DNA of 32,000 nt from Candidatus Saccharimonadota bacterium (GCA_041659445.1 JBAZYG010000001.1:240001-272000), one strand, 5' to 3'. Numbered from the stretch's first letter, positions 7,768-15,251 are shown. Program-made: numbers and translations. The notes: a model not told the origin generated them from the letters alone.

Positions 7768-8259
7768 TTAATGAGTTAAAAAATATTTCAATATTCTACC
7801 AACGGGTTTAATGTTTGTTGATGGGATTAGTTCATTACATCTAATTGTTGATTCATCTCTTCGTTCAAAAGTTAAATTAGATAATTTATTTCTATCAATA
7901 TAAACAACAGTTGGTTTTGAATTTGTTCTTATGCTTTTTGAACGTGCCCATGATTCAGCATTATCAAAATCTACTACAAGATAAATTGGTCCTAAAAAAC
8001 TTTTAGAAGGATCTAGACCTTCTTGAAGAATTTGAGATAATTTATCAGTAGTAGTTCCATGAAAAAGATATCTTGGTTGATATGTTTCATCAAATAAACA
8101 TTTACTCAAATTAGATTTCATATCATAAACTTTATTAAAAAATGAGATTTTTCTTAATGTTTTTTTTACAGTAGACTCAATATTTTTATTAGTTGCAATA
8201 CCAGATGTATATAATAAATAATTTTTTAAATCATTTTCTAAATATTTTTTAACTTCCAT
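7768..8259 (-). CDS. Putative minimal ADP-ribosyltransferase-fold protein (H-Y-E class, DT/ExoA/PARP/Tpt1-like)
   Basis: YLFHGTTTDKLSQILQEGL ... GPIYLVVDFDNAESWA ... RRDESTIRCNELIPS lines up, from memory, with HGT-x6-SI-x2-G, G-[FI]-Y-[IL]-x2-D and a C-terminal catalytic-Glu strand of DT/ExoA/PARP-type ARTs. The CDS itself is well supported (163 aa, TTTAAATA about 27 nt upstream); the function call is tentative. Confidence 0.4.
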   Translation of the reverse strand: MEVKKYLENDLKNYLLYTSGIATNKNIESTVKKTLRKISFFNKVYDMKSNLSKCLFDETYQPRYLFHGTTTDKLSQILQEGLDPSKSFLGPIYLVVDFDNAESWARSKSIRTNSKPTVVYIDRNKLSNLTFERRDESTIRCNELIPSTNIKPVGRILKYFLTH

Positions 8260-8332
8260 ACCCTAAGTATAATTTATTAATATTTAAATTTTTTGTTTTA
8301 TAGTAACTATATAATGGTAAATGATATAAAGA

Positions 8333-8340
8333 TTTATAAA
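8333..8340 (+). promoter_or_regulatory. TATA box TTTATAAA of island ORF 2
   Basis: Its first T is exactly 30 nt before ATG 8363. TAGTAAC lies at 8301-8307. Confidence 0.55.
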
Positions 8341-8362
8341 GAAGTTATTATCACCATATAAT

Positions 8363-8695
8363 ATGTTCGACGTACAAGATTATTATAAAACTGCAAGAGA
8401 AAATGAAGAAGTATTTAGAAATGTATTAAGAGACTTGCGCGCTAGAAAAGTTATGTATGTGCCGAGAAATTTAGAAACCGAAGCAAATCTTGATGAAATT
8501 TTCCAAAGATATTCAGAAGGGCAAAGAATGGGAAAATTTACAATAACTTCCTTTTCAAGACCCGAAAGGACAAGAGCAACAATTGGTTTTTGCGATGTGG
8601 CTCCTCTTTCTGGAGGTGGAGCAGAGCTTGAATATTTAGTAAATGATGATAACTCAGTTAAGTATGACAAACCAGGTTTTACTATGATGAGTTAA
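8363..8695 (+). CDS. Orphan protein, island ORF 2
   Basis: The ORF is 110 aa with TATA at -30, and the conserved 3' element starts 13 nt after its stop. I recognise no family. It looks richer in G+C than the surrounding genes. Confidence 0.55.
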   Translation: MFDVQDYYKTARENEEVFRNVLRDLRARKVMYVPRNLETEANLDEIFQRYSEGQRMGKFTITSFSRPERTRATIGFCDVAPLSGGGAELEYLVNDDNSVKYDKPGFTMMS

Positions 8696-8812
8696 AACCC
8701 AAAGCCATTTCTAAATTTAGCTAATTTTTTATTGAATTTAAGTGCTGTTAAACGAGAGTGAACTAATTTCGAGGCAGGTGGTCGTTTATTGTTGTATTTG
8801 TTATAATTGTAT
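8696..8812 (+). repeat. Post-ORF conserved element, copy 2 (core 8709-8763)
   Basis: Core sequence: ttctaaatttagctaattttttattgaatttaagtgctgttaaacgagagtgaac, with T6 at 8725-8730. The downstream part (aatttcgag ... gtcgtttattgtt ... aattgt) aligns with copy 1 (aatttcagag ... gttgtttatagtt ... aattgt). Confidence 0.8.
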
Positions 8813-8833
8813 TAATTATATAGTAACGAAAGA

Positions 8834-8841
8834 TTTATAAA
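8834..8841 (+). promoter_or_regulatory. TATA box TTTATAAA of island ORF 3
   Basis: Its first T is exactly 30 nt before ATG 8864. TAGTAAC lies at 8821-8827. Confidence 0.55.
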
Positions 8842-8863
8842 GTTTAATTTTATTTCACAAGGT

Positions 8864-9178
8864 ATGATAAGAGATAATTTTCCATTAGAAAGAATATTGA
8901 ATGTTTCAGCAACAGAATATTGTTTAAACGCTGGTAAGGAATTAAAAGATTATGATCTTATAGGAGTCCATGTTGATGATGATTTGCCCTGTGGTGCAAG
9001 ATTAATTAGCAGATTTCAAGAAAGAGTTCCATCCAATGCGGAAGTAGTTGTTTCTTTTTCTTATGCTATTGCTGGAGGTGCAAGTGGAACATCTGGAGTT
9101 TTAGGATTATCTCAGACACATAGAGCTTTCTTAAATCAATATGCATCTGGGACTGCTTTGATACCAAGGGAAAAATAA
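8864..9178 (+). CDS. Orphan protein, island ORF 3
   Basis: The ORF is 104 aa with TATA at -30, and a diverged copy of the 3' element starts 10 nt after its stop. It has a Gly/Ser-rich segment (AIAGGASGTSGVLG). I recognise no family. Confidence 0.55.
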   Translation: MIRDNFPLERILNVSATEYCLNAGKELKDYDLIGVHVDDDLPCGARLISRFQERVPSNAEVVVSFSYAIAGGASGTSGVLGLSQTHRAFLNQYASGTALIPREK

Positions 9179-9243
9179 ATCTTTCGATTTCTATTCTTTA
9201 GCACTGATTTCTGAATTGAAACTATCAGACTTTTAACGAACTC
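9179..9243 (+). repeat. Post-ORF conserved element, copy 3 (diverged; core 9189-9243)
   Basis: The sequence ttctattctttagcactgatttctgaattgaaactatcagacttttaacgaactc aligns with copies 1 and 2 with indels. Shared blocks are TTCTA, TTTAGC, ATTGAAACTA and TTAACGA. Confidence 0.55.
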
Positions 9244-9251
9244 ATTTAAAT

Positions 9252-10019
9252 TTATCTTCCCTTCCAATAAGGGCATTGATCTCGATATTCGCACCAATCG
9301 CACAATGCAGAAGGTTCTGGTGGGAATTCTTTTGTTTTTTCAATTTTTTCTATTAATTCAATAGTTTGTTTTCTTAAATTTTCTAATTGCTCATTGGTTC
9401 TTTTTGATTCAATTCTTTTGTTGTGGTCCAAATAATGCCAGATTAAAATTATTTCTTTGTCATATCCATATGTTTGTTTGATTGCTAAACTATACAAAGC
9501 TAATTGCCTGTCATTTTCAAATTTATTTGGGTTTGGTAAACTTGAAGCAGTTTTATAATCATGAACTTCATAACGATTTTTTTCTTTATTAAAAACTAAT
9601 CTATCGATAAATCCCTTTATCTTGTGTGGTGAAGTTTCATCTAAAATAATATATACTTCTTTTTCAACGTCGATTGTTCCATCTTGAAATGGAGAATTTT
9701 TTAAATAATAATCAACGAGAAATTTTATTCCCTTGCTGAAGTAATCTTCTGGTTTTGCATCTTTTCTTACTACTTTAAAATTTTCTTTGTAATCTTCTTG
9801 CCATTTGTTTGTATAAAATTCAATTATTCTATCTAGCTCTGGTATAAAATCATTTAATACATTCGAATAAAGCCATTCTAGTGTATCATGAACGCATGTT
9901 CCTAAATGAGCTTCTATTGATTTTTCAAAATCTGGTGTTAATTTGTCTATATACTTGAATTTATATTTTAATTTGCATTGTTCAAAAGTAGATAATCTCG
10001 AATGTGAATAAACTGTCAT
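9252..10019 (-). CDS. PD-(D/E)XK nuclease, Cas4/RecB/AddB-like, with a 4-Cys Fe-S cluster motif
   Basis: There is an N-terminal Cys (STFEQCKLKYKFKYI) plus a C-terminal C-x2-C-x5-C (LCDWCEYRDQCPYW). Nuclease motifs seen are GFIDRL, HDYKT (D-x-K) and QLALYSL (QxxxY). No CRISPR array or other cas genes are in the window. Confidence 0.8.
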   Translation of the reverse strand: MTVYSHSRLSTFEQCKLKYKFKYIDKLTPDFEKSIEAHLGTCVHDTLEWLYSNVLNDFIPELDRIIEFYTNKWQEDYKENFKVVRKDAKPEDYFSKGIKFLVDYYLKNSPFQDGTIDVEKEVYIILDETSPHKIKGFIDRLVFNKEKNRYEVHDYKTASSLPNPNKFENDRQLALYSLAIKQTYGYDKEIILIWHYLDHNKRIESKRTNEQLENLRKQTIELIEKIEKTKEFPPEPSALCDWCEYRDQCPYWKGR

Positions 10020-10050
10020 AAGTTCTTAAAGAAAATCAATAGTTATAAAT

Positions 10051-10455
10051 TTAATTGATTTCGTCAAGAATAGTTAAATTTAATTTTACTTTTCCTTCTA
10101 ATTCTTGTTTTAGATTTATTAAAAATCTTTTTGATATTATTTTTCTTCCTGAAATTCCGTCTTTGAAAGAAATTAAATAAACCGGTTCGTTGTATTTAGG
10201 GTATTTTTCGTTTAAATTTTTTTCTATTTTAGATATTTCTCCTAAAAGTTCTTTTTCATCTAAATTTGGGTAATTTCCTCCGATAAATAAAAATTTGTTT
10301 GAACTGTTTAAATCTGTATTTGAAGTGTATAAATCAAACTGATATTCAAGGACATATTTTTTTGAATGATCTTTTGTGATTGAAAAATAATTTTTTGGAA
10401 TTCTTTCTAGTATTGAATCTATATGTTCTTCTTCTTTTGTGATTTCTTCTTCCAT
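10051..10455 (-). CDS. Hypothetical protein
   Basis: The ORF is 134 aa with a TATA-like TTTTAAAA about 26 nt upstream. No family is recognised. Confidence 0.55.
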   Translation of the reverse strand: MEEEITKEEEHIDSILERIPKNYFSITKDHSKKYVLEYQFDLYTSNTDLNSSNKFLFIGGNYPNLDEKELLGEISKIEKNLNEKYPKYNEPVYLISFKDGISGRKIISKRFLINLKQELEGKVKLNLTILDEIN

Positions 10456-10514
10456 ATTTTTATTTTAATTCAATCTTTTAAAAAGGTTTTTGTTCTCAAG
10501 TGTATATTAGAATT

Positions 10515-11729
10515 TTAAATTATTTCTCCGAAGCCAATTAATCTCCAGTGATTATCTATTCTTCTTGCAATTCCGACATTGTCTCCTTTTAATGCAATAA
10601 TTGGAATTGTTAAGTTTAATTCAATTTCATTTTCATGAATTTTTTGAGCAATTCCGACGGTAATTGTTGTATTAACACTAAGCATTAATAATTCATTAAG
10701 TTTTATTTTTTCAACGCTTTGATGCGTTTCTTGTCCTAAAACTTCTTTAAATAATTCTGCTTTAATTTTTATTTTTGAAATTATATCTGGTAAATCTCCT
10801 TTTGTTGAAAGCACGCAACCTGTTAATGAATCTGTTTTAGTTAAAAATGGATCTAAAGATGTTTCAATTGAAATGCTTGCTCCAGGAAGAACTTCTTTTA
10901 CAGACGAACTTCCTTTATGTATTGAAAGTATCTTTGTTGTCAAAGGAATATATTCAAATTTATTTTGTTTCTTAACACTTAATCCTGGTTTTATTTCAAT
11001 TTCATTTCCAACTTTTAATTTTCCTCTTTTTAAAATTCCTCCTAAAACTCCTCCGTTTAAATCTTTAATTTCTTTACCAGGACGATTTATATCAAAACTT
11101 CTTGCTACTAAAAAAATTGGTTTTGAATTTTCATCTCTTTTTGGAACAGGTAATTCAACTAATGCTTCTAAAACTTTTTCAATGTTTACATTTTGTTGTG
11201 CAGAAATTGGAATTATTGGAGCATTTTCTGCAATTGTTCCTTTTACAAATTCTTTTATTTTCTTGTAATTTTCAAGAGCTTTTTCTTTGGAAACTAAATC
11301 AATTTTATTTTGAACGATGATTATGTTTTTTATTTTTTTTGCTTGCAATGCCATGAAGTGTTCTTTTGTTTGAGGTTTTATTCCTTCATTTGCAGCAATC
11401 ACTAAAATCGCAGAATCAATTATTGCAGCTCCTGAAAGCATAGTTGCCATTAACATTTCATGTCCTGGAGCGTCGATAAATGAAACATATCTCAAAGGTT
11501 TTCCTTTTCCTTGAATGTTATATTCTTCTTTATCTTTTGAAATAATTATTTCTGCATAACCTAATTTTATTGTAATTCCTCGTTTTAATTCCTCTGAATG
11601 AGTGTCTGCCCATTTTCCAGTTAATCTTGATAAAAAAGTTGTTTTTCCGTGGTCAATGTGTCCAACTACTCCAACATTTAATTCAGGTAATTGTTGGATT
11701 TCTGTTTCTTGAGATTCTGTTTTATTCAT
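10515..11729 (-). CDS. eif2g: Translation initiation factor aIF2 gamma subunit
   Basis: The G domain reads VGVVGHIDHGKTT...HSEELKRGITIKLGYA...DAPGHE...NKID, followed by domains II and III. The size (404 aa) fits. Confidence 0.92.
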   Translation of the reverse strand: MNKTESQETEIQQLPELNVGVVGHIDHGKTTFLSRLTGKWADTHSEELKRGITIKLGYAEIIISKDKEEYNIQGKGKPLRYVSFIDAPGHEMLMATMLSGAAIIDSAILVIAANEGIKPQTKEHFMALQAKKIKNIIIVQNKIDLVSKEKALENYKKIKEFVKGTIAENAPIIPISAQQNVNIEKVLEALVELPVPKRDENSKPIFLVARSFDINRPGKEIKDLNGGVLGGILKRGKLKVGNEIEIKPGLSVKKQNKFEYIPLTTKILSIHKGSSSVKEVLPGASISIETSLDPFLTKTDSLTGCVLSTKGDLPDIISKIKIKAELFKEVLGQETHQSVEKIKLNELLMLSVNTTITVGIAQKIHENEIELNLTIPIIALKGDNVGIARRIDNHWRLIGFGEII

Positions 11730-11806
11730 GAAAATAAATGATTAAAATGATTTATAATGCTTTTGATTACAATAATATTTAAAAATATGATTTTTTATTT
11801 ATTATA

Positions 11807-12049
11807 ATGTCTGGTAAAGAAAGTTGCATAAAATATGCAAGTTTGGAAGAAGCATCTAAAGAACTTTTAACTTGGAAAATTTATCGTGAGAGAAGAGAAC
11901 CTCCAAAAAGTCCAATTGGAATTATAGAAAGAATTACTTATCTTGAAGATAATGGATATATCCTTGAGAGAAGAGGGCAAACACCAAAAGTTGCTGCTTT
12001 TTTTGGATATAAAGTAACAGAAAAAGGTTATGCTTGGGTTAAAAATTAA
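11807..12049 (+). CDS. Small hypothetical protein, possible winged-helix
   Basis: The protein is 80 aa. ITYLEDNGYILERRG...GYKVTEKGYAWV resembles a wHTH recognition helix plus wing. The assignment is weak. Confidence 0.45.
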   Translation: MSGKESCIKYASLEEASKELLTWKIYRERREPPKSPIGIIERITYLEDNGYILERRGQTPKVAAFFGYKVTEKGYAWVKN

Positions 12050-12050
12050 T

Positions 12051-12446
12051 TTAATTATTTAAACAATAGTCTCGGAATGGATTTGAGTTTTCAATAAATT
12101 CTGCTATTTGATAACTATCTGTTTCAAATGCTTTTTTAAGTTCTGTTCTTCTTGAAGGAATTATTTTGCTGTAAATGTTGTCTGATAAGATTTTTTGTTC
12201 AATCGGATTTCTTGTTAAATTTTCGCATAATTCAAATGCTCTTTTATACAAACCTTTACTTTTTGCAAAAGAAATTGCTTGTCTATAATGTTTGTATTTA
12301 TCTAAATAAGAAATTTGATATTCAGTTATTTCCATTTTATTGGACATTGCTTGAATTAAACTAAGAAATTTTGGTAAATTGTCTTTTGGTTTTGAACCAA
12401 ATAAAAGTTTTATTTCTGGATTGCTTTGTTGATTTAATGGTTCCAT
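12051..12446 (-). CDS. Hypothetical protein
   Basis: The ORF is 131 aa and predicted helical by eye. No family is recognised. Confidence 0.5.
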   Translation of the reverse strand: MEPLNQQSNPEIKLLFGSKPKDNLPKFLSLIQAMSNKMEITEYQISYLDKYKHYRQAISFAKSKGLYKRAFELCENLTRNPIEQKILSDNIYSKIIPSRRTELKKAFETDSYQIAEFIENSNPFRDYCLNN

Positions 12447-12524
12447 GATTTTATTGAATCTATTTTTTAAGTTGTTTTGTTAGTTTAGATATTTTGTCTT
12501 TTCCACCAAGATTATTAAGTATTA

Positions 12525-13184
12525 TTAAGATTCTTTTACTCCAATGAAAGTATTTGTACCATTAAATAAATCTTTTTCAGAAATAGAGGATCTATGCATT
12601 GGAGCACCTAGATTTAAAACATCTAAAGAGTTAGATCTTCCATAACCAAATCCTCCGAATAAAAATATTCCGCTAGTTTCTAATTTAAATTTATAAAATC
12701 CTGATTTTTCTATTAGGGGTAAGATATAATCAAAATAATTAGATAAGGTTTTTGAATCTCTTGCTAAAAAATTCCATTCTCTTGAATCTAAAATTTCTTC
12801 TTTGCTGTAATATGCACTATTTTCTAAAGAGGAGATTTGATCTTTTTGAATAAAAAGGACATTTTTTCCGGATAATTCTTCCCATTCGTTATTTGTTATG
12901 GGGAGAGAGGTATTTGGATGTTTAAATTTTGTTTGATAGTTCATTGAAGTAATTTTTTCTGAATCTAGAATAATTTTAGCATCTCCTTTACTATTATAAG
13001 CAATTGCATCTTTGGTATCACTTGCAGAATAAATGATTTGAGGATATCCTTCTTGAGTACATTCCATTCTGTTTTGCATTAAATCTTTAATAGATTGAGG
13101 GTAATATCCCTCCTTTTTCATATCTTCGATTATTTGGTGAGCATGTCTCTTGAATTCTCCCTTAAATTTCTTAAATTCTTTCAT
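12525..13184 (-). CDS. Hypothetical protein
   Basis: The ORF is 219 aa with a TATA-like GTTTATAAA about 30 nt upstream. No family is recognised. Confidence 0.55.
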   Translation of the reverse strand: MKEFKKFKGEFKRHAHQIIEDMKKEGYYPQSIKDLMQNRMECTQEGYPQIIYSASDTKDAIAYNSKGDAKIILDSEKITSMNYQTKFKHPNTSLPITNNEWEELSGKNVLFIQKDQISSLENSAYYSKEEILDSREWNFLARDSKTLSNYFDYILPLIEKSGFYKFKLETSGIFLFGGFGYGRSNSLDVLNLGAPMHRSSISEKDLFNGTNTFIGVKES

Positions 13185-13274
13185 AATTCTTTAAAAAATA
13201 AGTGATTTATAAACTTTTCTGTTTTGTTGTCTCTTTTTAGAAATAACAATTAATCACCCTCTAGAATTTTAAAT

Positions 13275-13712
13275 TTATTCTGATTTTTCAGACTTATTGT
13301 TTTGTTCTGGGAAAATTTCAGAAAGTTTTTTGTTTCCTTGTTTTAAAACTTTCATATTAATTTGAACAATTGCAGGAGAAATTACTTTTCCTCGAACTGT
13401 TTTTCTTAATTTTAGTCCTTTTGGTTTTGGGTTTGAACGTTTTTTCTTTCCTTCTTTTTTAGGTCTTTTGTGCATTCCTTTGCCGTATTTTAAAAGAATT
13501 TTTTTTAATCCAATTCCAGGAACTTCTTTCATTACAGTAAATCCTGCTAAATCACTTGCTCCTGTTATTTCTAATTCATATCCTTTTAATTCAGGATAAA
13601 TTTCTTCACCGTTAACTTTATCATTTAATTCTTTATCAATTAATGATTCTGCTTCGATTTCTAATTTATATGTCTTTCCTGATTTGTCTGATATGTTAAT
13701 TTTGAATACCAT
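13275..13712 (-). CDS. rps6e: Ribosomal protein eS6 (S6e)
   Basis: It has an S6e-like N-terminus (MVFKINISDKSGKTYKLEIE...GYELEITGASDLAGFTVMKEVPG) and a basic C-terminal tail. Confidence 0.9.
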   Translation of the reverse strand: MVFKINISDKSGKTYKLEIEAESLIDKELNDKVNGEEIYPELKGYELEITGASDLAGFTVMKEVPGIGLKKILLKYGKGMHKRPKKEGKKKRSNPKPKGLKLRKTVRGKVISPAIVQINMKVLKQGNKKLSEIFPEQNNKSEKSE

Positions 13713-13787
13713 GGATATTTATTGGAAAATTAGCTTAAAAAGCTTTTGATTGCATAGTTTTAAAAAATAATTTAACTTTTATTATTT

Positions 13788-14531
13788 ATGTTCATAAAAA
13801 GAGTTGAAAAAAATAAATCTAGTAATCGTAAAATTTTAATTGAACTTAAACACGTTGATAAATTTTATCCAATGGGAGATAACATTGTTAAGGCAGTTAA
13901 TGATTTGTCTTTTTTTGTTAAAGAAGGACAATTCGTCGCTGTTATGGGTCCTTCTGGTTCAGGAAAATCAACTTCAATGAATTTAATTGGAAGTTTAGAT
14001 GTTCCAACTAGGGGAACTATTTTTTTAGATGGTGTTGATATTTCTACTTTAGAAGAATCTGATTTAGCACAAGTTCGAGGAAGAAAAATTGGATTTATTT
14101 TTCAATCTTTTAATTTAATTCCAAATTTAACAGCCAAAGAAAATATTATGCTTCCGATGATGTTTCAAGAAATTCCAATAGAAGAAAGAGAAAGAAAAGC
14201 AGAAGAATTATTGGAATTAGTTGAGCTTGAAGACAGAATGAATCATTATCCAAATGAACTTTCTGGAGGACAAATGCAAAGAGTTGCAATTGCACGAAGT
14301 CTTGCAAATAGCCCAGATGTAATTTTAGCCGACGAACCAACAGGAAATTTAGATACAAGAACAGGAGATCTTGTTATGAGTTTTTTAGATAAATTACATA
14401 AACAAGGAAAAACAATTATTATGGTTACGCATGACCCAGATTTAGCAATTAAACATGCAGAAATAATTTATTGGCTTAAAGACGGAAAACTTGAAAAAAT
14501 CACAGAAGGAAAAAGAAAAAAGTTTAAATAG
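13788..14531 (+). CDS. ABC transporter ATP-binding protein (MacB/LolD/FtsE-like)
   Basis: Motifs seen are Walker A GPSGSGKST, Q-loop, signature LSGGQMQRVAIARS, Walker B ILADEPTGNLD and H-loop VTHD. Confidence 0.9.
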   Translation: MFIKRVEKNKSSNRKILIELKHVDKFYPMGDNIVKAVNDLSFFVKEGQFVAVMGPSGSGKSTSMNLIGSLDVPTRGTIFLDGVDISTLEESDLAQVRGRKIGFIFQSFNLIPNLTAKENIMLPMMFQEIPIEERERKAEELLELVELEDRMNHYPNELSGGQMQRVAIARSLANSPDVILADEPTGNLDTRTGDLVMSFLDKLHKQGKTIIMVTHDPDLAIKHAEIIYWLKDGKLEKITEGKRKKFK

Positions 14532-14554
14532 TGTCATTTTATAGTTAATATACT

Positions 14555-15202
14555 ATGGAAAAGACACTTTATTCAGAATTGAAGGAATCAGAAAGAATTA
14601 ATATTGCTATAAGTGAAGATTATTCTAATTTTGTAAAATCTTTTAAAAATAAATATAGAATTGAGATTCCTCCTTTAGGAAAATTCAATGGAATTTATAT
14701 TCCAGATTATCAAAAACAAATAATGAGCTATTATGAAAATAATCCTGTTTTTTGTGATGCTATTAATGGTAAAATTTCTATTGAAGATACATTAAATGAA
14801 CTTTCGGTTGTAAATAAAGGGATAAGAAAAATTCTTCCAAGAAGAAAAGATAAAGCACACAATGAAAGAATAAAACAACTTGGAAAATTAATTAGTGAAC
14901 CTTCTCAATTACAAAAAAATGGTTTGTTGTGTCCTGATAATTTTCTTGGTTTTACTTTATGGGGGGCAGGAGCTTCTTTTTCAATAATATCTCCACTATT
15001 TAAAATTATGCTTAATCCTGCTCAAGCATCTCCAGAAGAAATTGAGAATTTAAATAAAATTTTTAACGTTTACCTTCCTTTGTACTCTACAGGAGCAATT
15101 AGTGTTTTTGGAGGAATTCCAATGAATTTAAAACAAAGATTTGGTAAATTGCCTTTCGAAGAAGCAAAATATGTTGATGCAAAAATCAAGGAAGTTTATT
15201 AA
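14555..15202 (+). CDS. Hypothetical protein embedded in the ABC transporter locus
   Basis: The ORF is 215 aa and lies 23 nt after the ATPase gene. There are two moderately hydrophobic segments (FLGFTLWGAGASFSIISPLF and LYSTGAISVFGGIP). No family is recognised. Confidence 0.55.
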   Translation: MEKTLYSELKESERINIAISEDYSNFVKSFKNKYRIEIPPLGKFNGIYIPDYQKQIMSYYENNPVFCDAINGKISIEDTLNELSVVNKGIRKILPRRKDKAHNERIKQLGKLISEPSQLQKNGLLCPDNFLGFTLWGAGASFSIISPLFKIMLNPAQASPEEIENLNKIFNVYLPLYSTGAISVFGGIPMNLKQRFGKLPFEEAKYVDAKIKEVY

Positions 15203-15251
15203 TAATAAAGATTTATAATCTATTTTTGTCTTTATTTTTCGTGAGGTGAAA

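Noticed and set aside
8383-8670. A 95-aa antisense ORF nested within island ORF 2.
   Set aside because: It has no TATA or SD context, and its low-complexity translation is typical of a shadow frame. It stays open because the region is locally richer in G+C. The plus-strand ORF has the promoter and terminator context.
8684-8763. A possible C/D-box sRNA, because ATGATGA (a C-box-like sequence) lies at 8684-8690 just before repeat copy 2.
   Set aside because: The ATGATGA simply encodes the last Met-Met-Ser codons of ORF 2. No CTGA D box follows at the appropriate distance, and copy 1 has no C box.
8363-9178. Distant paralogy between island ORF 2 and ORF 3 (IFQRYSEGQRMGKFTITSFS versus LISRFQERVPSNAEVVVSFS).
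   Set aside because: Only about 5 identities in 20 residues match in one block, and there is no similarity elsewhere. That is too weak to claim without profile or structure comparison.
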